Shown here: one piece after another, positions 20,427-30,872 of the stretch | Position numbering within the stretch: the stretch's first letter is position 1 | How the letters are laid out: each line of letters starts with the position of its first letter | Assembly: GCA_948946835.1 (NCBI GenBank) | Contig: CARBNS010000014.1 | Coordinates: forward strand, 1-59,804 | Length of the DNA: 59,804 nucleotides | Direction of reading: 5' to 3' | DNA from: an uncultured Lachnospiraceae bacterium | GTDB taxonomy: Bacteria > Bacillota > Clostridia > Lachnospirales > Lachnospiraceae | Notes under the pieces: generated by a model | The model's database searches: none | Seen by the model: the letters and a program-made list of their open reading frames with translations, nothing else | Told to the model about the DNA's origin: nothing | Program-made: the position numbers and the translations under genes

Positions 20427-23400
20427 ACTTACCTCCTTGAAGCGTAATATCCGGCAATTCCTGAGGAATCTCAAGCAGTTTTGTATCACTGACAATACGC
20501 TCGCCCTCTAACGTCAGGGCATTGTCTACACGGTATAATTCTCCACGCACGAAGCCTGTGTTCCTTATCGCTTCTAAATTCCACTGATCCGGCCTTACAT
20601 AATATACCCAAGTTCCGTCTGAGGTTTCACCCAGATTTCCTTGTTCCGGAACGTCCGCCAAAATTATTTGTTCCGCAGAGACATTTCCATCTTTTTCCCC
20701 GATTACATTGCCATTTGCATCATAGAGCGCAACTATATTATATGCCGGATTTCCTTTATATGTCCCGGTAAAGATTAATGAGCCTGCCGGAATTACGTCC
20801 GCCGCTTCTTCGCCATATGTAAAGTCTTCCTTCAATACGCCGATTGCCGGCTGGCCTTCTTCCGTTGCCATAAATTCCAAATTATCCCCTGTCGGGCCGC
20901 AGATTTCGATTTCCTGAATGGAAATACTGCCTGCCTGCGACAGCGTCAGCCTTACATATTTCGCATCGTAAGTGCCAATCCAGTTCTTGCGGTCTTCTTC
21001 ATTGACGGAATCAAACCATACCGTCTGCTCTGCATTTGCGGCAAGAGAAACGTTCTCTTTCACTTTTGTCCAATTCTCACCATCTGGGCTGACTTCAACT
21101 GCCGCCGAAGCAACTGCAGAACCCTGATATTTTAATGCCGTCACTTCTTCTGTCTTACGCATATCTATGGTAATTGACGCGGCGCCGCCGCTTACTCCGT
21201 TATAAGTTCCAGCCGCTGTCCTGTCATTGTCTAAAATCCTTGTAATGCTGTTGACCTTTTTCGCTTCTACGCCTGCCGGATCTTCCGCTTCATATCCGCT
21301 GTCCGGATCTTCTCCGTCCGGCTCGATTACGGTATCGTCAGCCGAAGTCATTGTTGTCTCCACTGTCCATTCAGATTTATTTAATACGCCGTCTGTCTGA
21401 ATCTTTACTGAACCAGCCGTTTTTACATTGGAATAATTCAAGTATTTATCCACTGCGCGGACTTCATATTCCATTACCCGATTGTTAATTGATGAAATGG
21501 AGTCTACAAAAACGGTAGAGTCCGCTGTGTCAATCGGCGCAAACCCAATTACCTGAGTGGATTTTTTACCGTTTGAAATCATACTGCGGCTGATTTCATA
21601 GCCAAGCATAAGCTCTGCGCTGCGATCTGTCGCAATCGTGATTTCCGCCTGATTTCCGGCTGCATTTACTGTAGCTGTAGTAACGGCATCCTGATCTTTT
21701 ATTGTCCCTTCCTCATTTGGATGATCCACGCGGTAATCTCTTGCATCGTCATTGACATAATAGAGCGCTTTCGTTTCCGCCTCTCCATATTTTGCCGCAT
21801 ATGCAGTTGTTTTCTCATCTGGCTGCATACCCCAGCGCACAAAGAAAGGAAGAATATTTTTATTTGCCGCCGCGCATGCAAAACGCATAATGTTCTGTTC
21901 TGAGCCTCCGTCTAACGTTAATCCTTCCTGCGGAGCCATTTTTGGATTCCTTGAATAAGTGTCCACTCTTGCAAAGAACAGGTTATTGAACTGATCTTCA
22001 TAGTTGTCGTAAATATGTCTGTCGTCCTTATTATTGTCATATGCAATATGGAGCTGCCAGTACAATGCAAGTTGCGTCGCTACATTCGGAGAGCGTCCGA
22101 TTGTATTTGACGTTACTTTGTCGTAGACATTTTTGTATGTGAATCTTGTCTTTCCGGGAACTTTTGTCAATAGCTGCGCAAAGTAATTGTTTGTGATTTC
22201 CGCAACCGCATATGCGCCCTGATTGATGTCATGCCCAATTTCATGCGCTACGCCCCAGCCAAATCCTGACCAGTCGTTTGGCGCGCTTGCTAATAATGTG
22301 GAACCCCATTCTACGCCAATGTGGTTGCCTGACGCATACATAAACGCTCCGGCAAACATTCTCATATAACGGATATTCAAGTGCTGCGCCGGCCATGCGT
22401 TATTTCCTCTTACGGTTCCCGCGTTATCACTTAATCCTTTATGCTGGTAAAACAGCGTCATTGTTTTTTCCATTGCTTTTAAGGCAAGGTCAAGTTTTAC
22501 CGCTTTATCTTCTGCGTTTTTGATGCCTGCCCAAACCTGAGTTGCAGGTACGGAATACATCATTTCCCTCATCATAATATCTGTTGTATTTAAAATACAG
22601 TTTTGCTGGTCATACGGATAATCTACATTTTTTGTCCCTGTATGTTTTGCCGCATGTCCCGCTTCAATCGTTCCGACATATTGCTCAAGCTCTTTTACAT
22701 AAGCGGAAATCGCCGCCATGCGTTGTTCTTGTGTTTTTCCATACACGCTTAAGACCGGAATATCGCTTCCGCCGCTTATACGGACTGCATACTTATCGTT
22801 TGCATTGTTTCCAGTATATGCTACATATAACTGTCCGCCGCGTTCAAATTCTTTGCTGACAATCTGGGGAACTGTAATTTCATTTCTTCCCACTTTTAAG
22901 CTGACTGCTTTTGAAAGCGTTGCCGCTTCTGCGTGCTGTTGCGTAAACACAAGTTGCAGGCTTGCTTTATCTCCGGTTCTCTTTGTATTATGCCCGACAT
23001 AAACAAGCAGACTTTCACCGGCATATACTGTTTTCCCAACCGGCTGCCATGAATTTAAACCGCCAAATCCAAGATGCCCATCTTTGCTTCCCGTAATCTG
23101 GTTTTCCACTTCATAAGCGCAAGCCAGATTTGAATTTAAAATCTCTCTTGCTGTCTTTAATTCTAAAGTCAGTTCATTGTAAAGCGGATGTTTTTCACCG
23201 CTTGCCTCGTCTACAAGCTCTAAACGGGCTTCTAATGCCTGAATGACGCTTTCCGTTACGTCTGCCCGCAGTGTAGCGTGCATTTCGTCTGTATATAAGC
23301 CCATAATGTCATCTTCCAGCGAATCATAATAATGGAAATGGATTTCACCTACCATCATAGATGCCCTAACACTGTCACGTCCCAGACAAATATTTACTTT

Positions 23401-25641
23401 ATTTGCAGTGATTGCCTGATCAAGCTTAATAATATAGTATGGATTGTTCCTTGAGTCAAGTTTTCTATACAGACGCGCGCCCACGTTCTGTTTTCCTGTA
23501 GACGCTGTATTCCAATACCCAATCCGCGCATATTGAAGCGCTGCTTTTTCGTCCGCGGATGCAAATGTGATAAAATTCATCTTGTAATCTTGATCCAGCG
23601 TCACTGTAAATCCCTTATTGTCTGCCGGATAAGCCACGCCATCGTCCCAGTCTGTTTTTTCCCAATAAGATCCAAAGTTATTATCCACTAAGCCAAGCGC
23701 GCTTTTTTCCGCTGTATCTAACGCGCTGCCTACCATCTTTGCGCCGCCATGCCCGCCATATGACGCTGCTGTGATATGGGCGCTGACTGCCCCTTCTCCA
23801 TTTGAAGTATTCAACAGTTTATAATTCGGAAGCTGTGGCGGGACATTTAACTTCGTAAGCGCGGATGCTGACAGTGACGGGCTGCCCCAGCCAAGGTCAT
23901 TCCAGCCTACGACATAGACGGAATATTCCACTTCGTCCTCTAAGCCTGCAATGACATAATGCGTTGCGTTTATTTTTCCGGTCCCTTCTTTTACCTGTGT
24001 AAATCCTTCGATCACCGGACGGTACTCTGTATCCGCATCTTTTGTCTTTTTATAATAAACCATGTATCCGTTTGCGTCGTCCATGTCTTTCCATGACACT
24101 TCTATCGTCCGGTACCCGCCTGTCGCAGATACATTATCAGGCGCCGCCGGAAGTTTCGTCGGCTTCGGCTCTCCGATTACTTCATTTGACCATGGACTGC
24201 TCCAGTCTCCATTGACAGAACGCGCTTTTATTTTATATTTTTCAAAGTTTAAAAGCGGTTTGTCATTGATAGATGATATTGTATGCGTAATATTTGACAC
24301 GCGCACAATCTGTGTTTCGTGTTCTTCTTGGTTTTTCACAGGACCTGAAATATATACCTCATACCCCGTCACATTTTTCTGCGGGTTCCAAGATACAATC
24401 AATCCTTTATCTACGGATTGTGGAACTCCAAGCGTCGGAATGTCCATCTGCGGCGCCGGTATCCTATTTTCCATATCGTTGACAAAATCAACCTTTGCAA
24501 TATTCACCAAAGGCTCTGTCTTTTTGGTGCCGGTAATTTTTATCGTTACCCGCTTTACTGCAATCTGCCCTCCAAAATCTAACACCAGCGAACCGTCAGC
24601 CTCGACGTCTGCCGAAATAGACGCCGCGCGGTTTGACGCATTTGCAGCAAATAGCGCCCTGTTCTTCTTTTGCTTTGGCTTTGCCGCGGCAGAAAACGGA
24701 ACCGACGTTTCTTTTCCTTCCGCGTCTGTATAAATCACTTCCCCTTCCGTTATTTCATTGGAAATGACGCCCTGTTCATCTGTTACCGGAGCATGAACGA
24801 CAATTCCTTGAATCTCTACCGCTTTTTTTGTATCTTCCACTAATGTAAAGTTGATCCCAACAGGATTTTCCGCTGAAATCTGCGCATTTGCATTTTCAGG
24901 CTTTAATTTCAGCGCGCCTGTTCCATTTAAAAAGTCGTTGACGTTTCCTTCCATAGTCGCGCCCTCAGCCTGTTGGATCGTTTGGACTATGCCAAGCTTC
25001 TCCACTGTGGACTCCCTATGTTCATCTATGCTTTGCACAATATACTGCAAATCTGCCATATCCACTTTCCCATCTTGATTGAGATCAAAGGCAGCTTCCA
25101 TAGAGCCTTCACGGATTTTCGACATCATGCCGTCAATGTCCGTTTGGTCAATTACTCCATCTTGATTGACGTCGCCGACCCGAATCCAGCCCGGAGCCGC
25201 TTCATTGCCCGTCTCAATTCTTGATGGAGAAATTAAAATCTTGGTTTTCCAGCCATTTTGCGCTTTCACATCCTGCGTATAGTCCGCAAATTGGACTGAC
25301 TTCACAGTAACTGTGTAATCCCCTTCTGACACTTCAAACCTTGCCGCTGCAAAGGAAGCCTTAGAACCCTCAAATTTTAAATCCTTTGATTCCACTACTT
25401 CGCTGCCACGTCCGATTTGTACGGTTACGTCACCCTGAAATGGGAATTGAGCGGAAGAACGCACCCCTACTTCCAGAACGCTCTGCGCTTTGCCTGAATC
25501 CACTGACTCAGATGCAGCCTGCGCTTCGCCAAAATCCACTGACCCAGATGCAGTCTGCGCCCCAAACACCGGTTTTGCATTGCCTATCCATGTCTGAAAT
25601 GCCAGACATCCGGCAAGCAGCATTGCCACCATTCTTTTCAT
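20410..25641 (-). CDS. Giant secreted multidomain zinc metallopeptidase (1743 aa): signal peptide, a type-I dockerin, Ig/FN3-like modules, an F5/8 type C (CBM32-like) module, an M60-like (enhancin-like) HEIGH catalytic domain and a C-terminal discoidin-like module.
   Basis: Signal MKRMVAMLLAGCLAFQTWIGNA. Dockerin duplicated Ca-loops GDVNQDGVIDQTD and DLNQDGKVDMAD about 30 aa apart. FN3 signatures TGYEVYISG and NGYMVYYKK. Gluzincin motif GFGWGVAHEIGHDINQ...AEITNNY (the M60 family signature is GWGxxHExGH). Discoidin-like ...SITIDMRKTEEVTALKYQ...WTKV...VWFDS. Confidence 0.65.
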   Translation of the reverse strand: MKRMVAMLLAGCLAFQTWIGNAKPVFGAQTASGSVDFGEAQAASESVDSGKAQSVLEVGVRSSAQFPFQGDVTVQIGRGSEVVESKDLKFEGSKASFAAARFEVSEGDYTVTVKSVQFADYTQDVKAQNGWKTKILISPSRIETGNEAAPGWIRVGDVNQDGVIDQTDIDGMMSKIREGSMEAAFDLNQDGKVDMADLQYIVQSIDEHRESTVEKLGIVQTIQQAEGATMEGNVNDFLNGTGALKLKPENANAQISAENPVGINFTLVEDTKKAVEIQGIVVHAPVTDEQGVISNEITEGEVIYTDAEGKETSVPFSAAAKPKQKKNRALFAANASNRAASISADVEADGSLVLDFGGQIAVKRVTIKITGTKKTEPLVNIAKVDFVNDMENRIPAPQMDIPTLGVPQSVDKGLIVSWNPQKNVTGYEVYISGPVKNQEEHETQIVRVSNITHTISSINDKPLLNFEKYKIKARSVNGDWSSPWSNEVIGEPKPTKLPAAPDNVSATGGYRTIEVSWKDMDDANGYMVYYKKTKDADTEYRPVIEGFTQVKEGTGKINATHYVIAGLEDEVEYSVYVVGWNDLGWGSPSLSASALTKLNVPPQLPNYKLLNTSNGEGAVSAHITAASYGGHGGAKMVGSALDTAEKSALGLVDNNFGSYWEKTDWDDGVAYPADNKGFTVTLDQDYKMNFITFASADEKAALQYARIGYWNTASTGKQNVGARLYRKLDSRNNPYYIIKLDQAITANKVNICLGRDSVRASMMVGEIHFHYYDSLEDDIMGLYTDEMHATLRADVTESVIQALEARLELVDEASGEKHPLYNELTLELKTAREILNSNLACAYEVENQITGSKDGHLGFGGLNSWQPVGKTVYAGESLLVYVGHNTKRTGDKASLQLVFTQQHAEAATLSKAVSLKVGRNEITVPQIVSKEFERGGQLYVAYTGNNANDKYAVRISGGSDIPVLSVYGKTQEQRMAAISAYVKELEQYVGTIEAGHAAKHTGTKNVDYPYDQQNCILNTTDIMMREMMYSVPATQVWAGIKNAEDKAVKLDLALKAMEKTMTLFYQHKGLSDNAGTVRGNNAWPAQHLNIRYMRMFAGAFMYASGNHIGVEWGSTLLASAPNDWSGFGWGVAHEIGHDINQGAYAVAEITNNYFAQLLTKVPGKTRFTYKNVYDKVTSNTIGRSPNVATQLALYWQLHIAYDNNKDDRHIYDNYEDQFNNLFFARVDTYSRNPKMAPQEGLTLDGGSEQNIMRFACAAANKNILPFFVRWGMQPDEKTTAYAAKYGEAETKALYYVNDDARDYRVDHPNEEGTIKDQDAVTTATVNAAGNQAEITIATDRSAELMLGYEISRSMISNGKKSTQVIGFAPIDTADSTVFVDSISSINNRVMEYEVRAVDKYLNYSNVKTAGSVKIQTDGVLNKSEWTVETTMTSADDTVIEPDGEDPDSGYEAEDPAGVEAKKVNSITRILDNDRTAAGTYNGVSGGAASITIDMRKTEEVTALKYQGSAVASAAVEVSPDGENWTKVKENVSLAANAEQTVWFDSVNEEDRKNWIGTYDAKYVRLTLSQAGSISIQEIEICGPTGDNLEFMATEEGQPAIGVLKEDFTYGEEAADVIPAGSLIFTGTYKGNPAYNIVALYDANGNVIGEKDGNVSAEQIILADVPEQGNLGETSDGTWVYYVRPDQWNLEAIRNTGFVRGELYRVDNALTLEGERIVSDTKLLEIPQELPDITLQGGKYEKLD

Positions 25642-25740
25642 GTCTCTTTCCTTTCTCTACAATATATTTCATATTTTGCGTCATATATTTTAACATAATC
25701 TTCCAAAGAAAAAAACATTTTTCTAAAATTGTATTAATTT

Positions 25741-25772
25741 AAAACAAAAAAAGCGGCGTAAAAACGCCGCTT
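25741..25772 (-). terminator. Rho-independent terminator downstream of the tRNA pair.
   Basis: agcggcg-taaaaa-cgccgct hairpin; on the minus strand it is followed by TTTTTTTGTTTT. Confidence 0.6.
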
Positions 25773-25785
25773 TCTAAATATAAAA

Positions 25786-25869
25786 TGCCCGCGACCGGAA
25801 TCGAACCGGTACTGTATCGCTACAACAGGATTTTAAGTCCTGCGCGTCTGCCAGTTCCGCCACGCGGGC
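25786..25869 (-). tRNA. tRNA-Leu (anticodon UAA), class II with a long variable arm.
   Basis: The reverse complement reads GCCCGCGTGGCGGAACTGGCAGACGCGCAGGACTTAAAATCCTG...GGTTCGATTCCGGTCGCGGGCA. There is a 7-bp acceptor stem, the anticodon loop is CTTAAAA, and the T-arm is GGTTCGATTCC. Confidence 0.85.
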
Positions 25870-25901
25870 AAATCAAACAATGATACAATAAAAATCTCAA
25901 A

Positions 25902-25983
25902 TGGGCAGAGGTGGATTCGAACCACCGAAGCAATTTGCAGCAGATTTACAGTCTGTCCCCTTTGGCCACTCGGGAATCTGCCC
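25902..25983 (-). tRNA. tRNA-Tyr (anticodon GUA), class II.
   Basis: The reverse complement reads GGGCAGATTCCCGAGTGGCCAAAGGGGACAGACTGTAAATCTG...GGTTCGAATCCACCTCTGCCCA. The anticodon loop is CTGTAAA, and the acceptor stem GGGCAGA pairs with TCTGCCC. Confidence 0.85.
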
Positions 25984-26132
25984 ATAGAAAAGCATCCAAA
26001 AATGCCCTACCATTTATTTATTATATCACAAACGCTTTTCTTTTTCAAGCGCTTTTTTTTATAAACATGCCACAATCCTTTTTCATCTTCCATTCACGCG
26101 TCTAACCAATGCTGACGGAAAAGACCGTCCGC

Positions 26133-28241
26133 CTATATTCTTTCTAAAATCACCGCTGATTTTTTTTGCATTGTAATCGAAAGTCTGCCTTTTTCCACAC
26201 GATGCCGGATCGGCATCAGGGAATATCCGTTTTCCGTAGTCACAAAAACCTGACACAGCGTTGCCGTTCTTGGAATCCCAGCTTTTACCGTGAAAACCTC
26301 TAAGTCCCTTTCCCTGTCATCATGGTTAATCAGAATCACAAACTGCTGGTCAATCGTAAATCTCGCATAACATAAAAGTTTGTCTTCACTATTTAAGAAT
26401 TGAAAAGAGCCTGTCCGCAATGCCTCGTTATTTTTATGGATACGGATTAATTCCCGATGCAAATCAATTAAATCCTGATTTTCATTCCCCCACGGATATG
26501 TCCTGCGGTTGTCTGGATCCGTAAATCCACATAATCCGGCTTCATCTCCATAATAAAGCGTCGGCGCGCCCGGCCATGTCATCTGCATCACAACCGCTTC
26601 CCGCATCGCGCTGTACTCTATGCCCTCGCTTGCCGCCCCCGCGCCTAAATATTCCACACGTCCCGCCTTATGGTTTGTCCTCGTCAAAAACCGCGAATGG
26701 TCATGGTTTGACAACTGGTTCATGGAACAAAGCAGGGAAGGCGTCAGAAAACTTGCCATATAATGGCGCATCGCGCCTTCAAAATCACTGATTTTGCCAA
26801 TGCGTTCTGGGTGGTATTCGTCGCTATGCTTCTCCATTCCGGTTAAAAACCATGTCAAAGGCTCCATAAAAGCGGAATAGTTCATAATTGTATCCCACTG
26901 ATCGCCCATCAGCCAGTCTTTCGGGTCTCCATAGTGTTCCGCCAAGATTATGGCATTTGGGTTCGCTTCTTTTACCGCTTTCCTAAAGTCCCTCCAGAAC
27001 TGGTGGTTAAATTCTTTACTGTGCCCTAAATCCTCCGCTACGTCCAGCCGCCATCCGTCTACGCAATATGGCTCTGACACCCATTTTTTGCCAATGCGCA
27101 AAATGTCGTCATACAGCTCTTTCGAACCCTCAAAGTTTAACTTCGGAAGCGTGTCATGCCCCCACCATCCTTCATAGTTTTTATTATCCGGCCACGCGCT
27201 GTCTTCCTGATCCTTAAACCCAAAGTAACTGCGGTATGGGCTTTCCTTCGATAAATACGCGCCCACCTCAAAACCTGTCTGGCCCGCATAAATCTTTTCT
27301 CTGTCCATCCAGCAGTTAAACGAGCCGCAATGGTTAAACACGCCGTCCAGAATAATTTTCATGCCGCGTTCATGCGCTTCTTTTACAAACTTTGCAAAAA
27401 ATTTATTGCTTGCTTCTAAGTTTTTCTGATTCGCCACGCGGCAGCAATAACGCGTCGCTTTCCGGTTGTCATGTTCATAGTCCGAAAGAAGCTCTCCCTC
27501 ATCTTCCACAATCACACCAAAATGCGGGTCGATATGGTCATAATCCTGAATATCATATTTATGGTTGGAAGGAGACACAAATATCGGATTGAAATACAGA
27601 ACTTCCACGCCAAGAGACGCAAGGTAATCAAGTTTTTTACGCACGCCTTCTAAATCACCGCCGTAAAACTCCCCCACGCTGAAATTTTCCGGACATTTCT
27701 CCCATTGATTTGGGGGAACCCGTTTGGAAAGCGTCCGAATATAAAAATATTCATTGTCCAGCACGTCATTTGACTCATCGCCATTGTAGAAACGATCCAC
27801 CATAATTTGATACATGACCGCGCCTTTCGCCCAATCCGGCGTAGAAAATCCCGGAACAATCCGGAAAAAATACTGCTGCCTGATTTCCTGCGTCACGCCA
27901 TACCGGTCATACCTGCATCGCAAAAATCCCGACATAATCTCAAAATAATAGGAAAACGCTTCTTCTGCCAGCGCAATCTCTACGGAATAATAATCGTATG
28001 TCTCATCGCTTTTTGTCACCCGCATAGGATAATGTTCCAATGGCGTGCAGACCCAGACCATATCCACATTATTTTTCGCCGCGCGGAACCGAATAGTAAC
28101 CGTCTCATACGCCTTTGGCTCCGGCGGAATCCGGTAATCCTTTGTCCCATCGGAAAATAAAGCTTCCTTCTGTAAAATCGGGCGCATCCTCATAATATAC
28201 TGCTGCGTTCTATTGATCTCATCTACAGATTTATATCTCAT
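26133..28241 (-). CDS. Glycoside hydrolase family 13 alpha-glucanase (neopullulanase / maltogenic amylase / cyclomaltodextrinase-like). It is cytoplasmic, with no signal peptide.
   Basis: GH13 conserved regions: region I VILDGVFNHCG, region II GWRLDVAEDLG (catalytic Asp), region III ILAEHYG (Glu), region IV LSNHDHSRF. An N-terminal N-domain is present. RBS gggaggaagga precedes the ATG. Confidence 0.8.
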   Translation of the reverse strand: MRYKSVDEINRTQQYIMRMRPILQKEALFSDGTKDYRIPPEPKAYETVTIRFRAAKNNVDMVWVCTPLEHYPMRVTKSDETYDYYSVEIALAEEAFSYYFEIMSGFLRCRYDRYGVTQEIRQQYFFRIVPGFSTPDWAKGAVMYQIMVDRFYNGDESNDVLDNEYFYIRTLSKRVPPNQWEKCPENFSVGEFYGGDLEGVRKKLDYLASLGVEVLYFNPIFVSPSNHKYDIQDYDHIDPHFGVIVEDEGELLSDYEHDNRKATRYCCRVANQKNLEASNKFFAKFVKEAHERGMKIILDGVFNHCGSFNCWMDREKIYAGQTGFEVGAYLSKESPYRSYFGFKDQEDSAWPDNKNYEGWWGHDTLPKLNFEGSKELYDDILRIGKKWVSEPYCVDGWRLDVAEDLGHSKEFNHQFWRDFRKAVKEANPNAIILAEHYGDPKDWLMGDQWDTIMNYSAFMEPLTWFLTGMEKHSDEYHPERIGKISDFEGAMRHYMASFLTPSLLCSMNQLSNHDHSRFLTRTNHKAGRVEYLGAGAASEGIEYSAMREAVVMQMTWPGAPTLYYGDEAGLCGFTDPDNRRTYPWGNENQDLIDLHRELIRIHKNNEALRTGSFQFLNSEDKLLCYARFTIDQQFVILINHDDRERDLEVFTVKAGIPRTATLCQVFVTTENGYSLMPIRHRVEKGRLSITMQKKSAVILERI

Positions 28242-28314
28242 AACTTCCTTCCTCCCGCTTTTTCACATTCAAGTAGGGGAATCGCCCGCGCCCCTACGCC
28301 TTTCCACACATATA

Positions 28315-28347
28315 AAAAAGACAGCTGTCTTTTTGCTGTCTTTTTTA
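28315..28347. terminator. Rho-independent terminator after ftsH; a palindrome flanked by A6 and T6.
   Basis: aaaaaag-acagctgtct-ttttgctgtctttttt: a 12-nt perfect palindrome agacagctgtct with U-tracts on both sides. Confidence 0.6.
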
Positions 28348-28501
28348 AGAGAAGGTATTTTTACTATGGGGTGTAGCAAAAATCATATAAGATTGGGGGT
28401 CTTACAGGTATTATAATACCACCACATCACTTAGAAGTGTGCACAAACTTCACAAAAATGCGCCCCTGTTTTTGTGCAAACTACACGATAGTTGTACTTT
28501 C

Positions 28502-30355
28502 TTACTCAAAAAGAGCTTCAAACTCTTCCCGGTTTATCTTTTCCTTCTCTAATAAAAGCCCTGCGCACCGATTCAAAATATCTTCATGTTCTTTTATAAT
28601 CTTCCTCGCTTTTGCATAGCATTCATCTATAATCCGTTTTACCTCCGCATCGATTCTTGTCGCCACGCTTTCGCCATATCCTCTCGCATGGGCCAAATCC
28701 CTGCCGATAAACACCTGATCATCTTCATTGTCATAATTAATTAAACCGACATTTTCCGACATGCCATACTTCGTCACCATCGCTTTTGCAAGCTGCGTCG
28801 CCTGTTTGATGTCCTGCGAAGCCCCCGTGGTAATGTCGTCTAAAATCAATTCTTCCGCAACGCGTCCGCCTAAATCCACGACAATTTCCTGAAGCATACG
28901 CCCTCTCGTATGGAACATCTCGTCATGCTCGGAAACTGGCATCGTATAGCCTGCCGCCCCCGCTCCGGTTGGTATAATGGAAACAGAATCCACCGGTCCC
29001 ACATCTGGGAGCACATGGAATAAAATGGCATGGCCCGCTTCATGGAATGCCGTAATCCTCTTTTCTTTTTCACTGATAATCCGGCTTTTTTTCTCCGCTC
29101 CAATGCCTACTTTTACAAAAGAACTGCGGATATCGCTCTGAATAATGTATGCGCGGTCTTTTTTTGCCGCATGGATTGCCGCTTCGTTTAACAGGTTTTC
29201 CAAATCCGCCCCTGTAAAACCTGCCGTCGTCTGGGCAATCTGATGCAAATCCACGTCATCTCCTAACGGCTTGTTCTGCGCATGGACTTTTAAAATTTCT
29301 TCTCTGCCGCCAATATCCGGCCGCCCCACATGAATTTTACGGTCAAACCGTCCCGGACGCATAATCGCCGGATCTAAAATATCCACCCGGTTCGTCGCCG
29401 CCATAACGATAATCCCATCGTTTACGCCAAAACCGTCCATCTCCACAAGCATCTGGTTTAAAGTCTGCTCCCTTTCGTCATGGCCGCCGCCCATTCCGGT
29501 TCCCCTGCGTCTGGCCACTGCATCGATTTCATCTATAAATACAATACATGGGGAATTTTTCTTCGCTTCTTCAAATAAATCCCTTACGCGCGAAGCGCCG
29601 ACCCCGACAAACATCTCCACAAAATCGGAACCGGAAATGCTAAAAAACGGCACTCCCGCTTCCCCTGCAACTGCTTTCGCTAAAAGCGTTTTCCCTGTTC
29701 CGGGCGGTCCCACCAGAAGAATCCCCTTTGGAATCCTCGCCCCAAGACGGATATATTTCCTTGGAGCCTTTAAAAAATCCGCCAATTCCTCCAGCTCCTC
29801 TTTTTCCTCTCTAAGACCCGCCACGCTTTCGAAATTCATGGTATTCTCACTTGTCGACATCTTCGCGCGGCTTTTGCCAAAGTTCATCATTTTGTTTCCG
29901 CCGCCGCCTGCCGCCGCCTGATTTGTCATAATGACAAACAGAATAAACATTGCGGCAAGCACAATTAAAAGCGGAAGCAAATTCAAAATCCAGCTCTCCG
30001 GCGGCACGTCCGAAACATAATAATTCTTAAATTGATACTTCGCAAGCAATTCCTGTATCTCATTTACATCGGAAACATACAATTCCCGCATTTCATTTCC
30101 TGACAGCCTGATACTTAACGTTCCTGTCGGGATCTCCCTGTTCTGCTCAATCTCTATAAATACGACGGATTCATTTTCCAAAGCAGTCTCTAATGACTTC
30201 ATGCTGTAGGAATGCGCCGCATCCTGCCTTGCATCTAACATCAGCCAGACCAGAATCACAACAAAGACAAGCATGGCATAAAACCCAAGCCCCCTGTAAC
30301 TACGCTTTTTCAACTGGAAACCTCCTTTTTCATTCCTTGCATTCATCAAATTCAA
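28502..30355 (-). CDS. ftsH: ATP-dependent zinc metalloprotease FtsH.
   Basis: Two N-terminal TM helices; Walker [24 protein letters not shown]; the SRH region; the HEAGHAI zinc motif. Confidence 0.95.
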   Translation of the reverse strand: MNLMNARNEKGGFQLKKRSYRGLGFYAMLVFVVILVWLMLDARQDAAHSYSMKSLETALENESVVFIEIEQNREIPTGTLSIRLSGNEMRELYVSDVNEIQELLAKYQFKNYYVSDVPPESWILNLLPLLIVLAAMFILFVIMTNQAAAGGGGNKMMNFGKSRAKMSTSENTMNFESVAGLREEKEELEELADFLKAPRKYIRLGARIPKGILLVGPPGTGKTLLAKAVAGEAGVPFFSISGSDFVEMFVGVGASRVRDLFEEAKKNSPCIVFIDEIDAVARRRGTGMGGGHDEREQTLNQMLVEMDGFGVNDGIIVMAATNRVDILDPAIMRPGRFDRKIHVGRPDIGGREEILKVHAQNKPLGDDVDLHQIAQTTAGFTGADLENLLNEAAIHAAKKDRAYIIQSDIRSSFVKVGIGAEKKSRIISEKEKRITAFHEAGHAILFHVLPDVGPVDSVSIIPTGAGAAGYTMPVSEHDEMFHTRGRMLQEIVVDLGGRVAEELILDDITTGASQDIKQATQLAKAMVTKYGMSENVGLINYDNEDDQVFIGRDLAHARGYGESVATRIDAEVKRIIDECYAKARKIIKEHEDILNRCAGLLLEKEKINREEFEALFE

Positions 30356-30872
30356 TTACGCCGATATACGGCAGGTTCCGGTAGCGCTGCGCATAGTCAA
30401 GCCCGTAGCCCACGACAAACTTATCCGGTATGCAAAATCCCGTATAATCCACTGCCACGTCCGCTACACGCTGTTCCGGTTTATCTAATAATGCGCAGAG
30501 TTTCAAACTCTTTGGATTCTTACTCTTTAAATATCTCAAAAGATAATGCAAAGTCCTGCCGGAATCTATAATGTCTTCCACTACCAGCACATTCAATCCT
30601 TCAATATCCTCATCTAAATCTTTGTTTACTTTTACAACTCCGCTGGATTTCGCATCCATTCCATAACTCGACACTGACATAAAATCTATGGAAACCGGAA
30701 TTGTCAGCCGTTTCGCTAATTCACAGGTGAAAAATATGCTCCCTTTTAAAATACAAACCAGATGCGTCTGCTGCCCTTCAAAATCCTTGCTGATCTCCGC
30801 CGCCATCTGCGCAATTCTCTGATTGACTTCTTCTTCCGATAATAACACATGGATTGTCTCTCTCATGTCCAT
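30330..30872 (-). CDS. hpt: Hypoxanthine(-guanine) phosphoribosyltransferase.
   Basis: PRPP-binding motif [14 protein letters not shown] plus [21 protein letters not shown], nearly identical to B. subtilis HprT. Confidence 0.9.
   Translation of the reverse strand: MDMRETIHVLLSEEEVNQRIAQMAAEISKDFEGQQTHLVCILKGSIFFTCELAKRLTIPVSIDFMSVSSYGMDAKSSGVVKVNKDLDEDIEGLNVLVVEDIIDSGRTLHYLLRYLKSKNPKSLKLCALLDKPEQRVADVAVDYTGFCIPDKFVVGYGLDYAQRYRNLPYIGVIEFDECKE

Noticed and set aside
24062-24733. A 223-aa plus-strand ORF inside the M60-like peptidase gene, plus many other 60-170-aa ORFs embedded antisense in long genes (e.g. 14953-15453, 12692-13114, 27807-28160, 48905-49300).
   Set aside because: They are fully contained within well-supported longer genes on the opposite strand. 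Their translations are low-complexity or hydrophobic with no motifs, which is typical six-frame noise.
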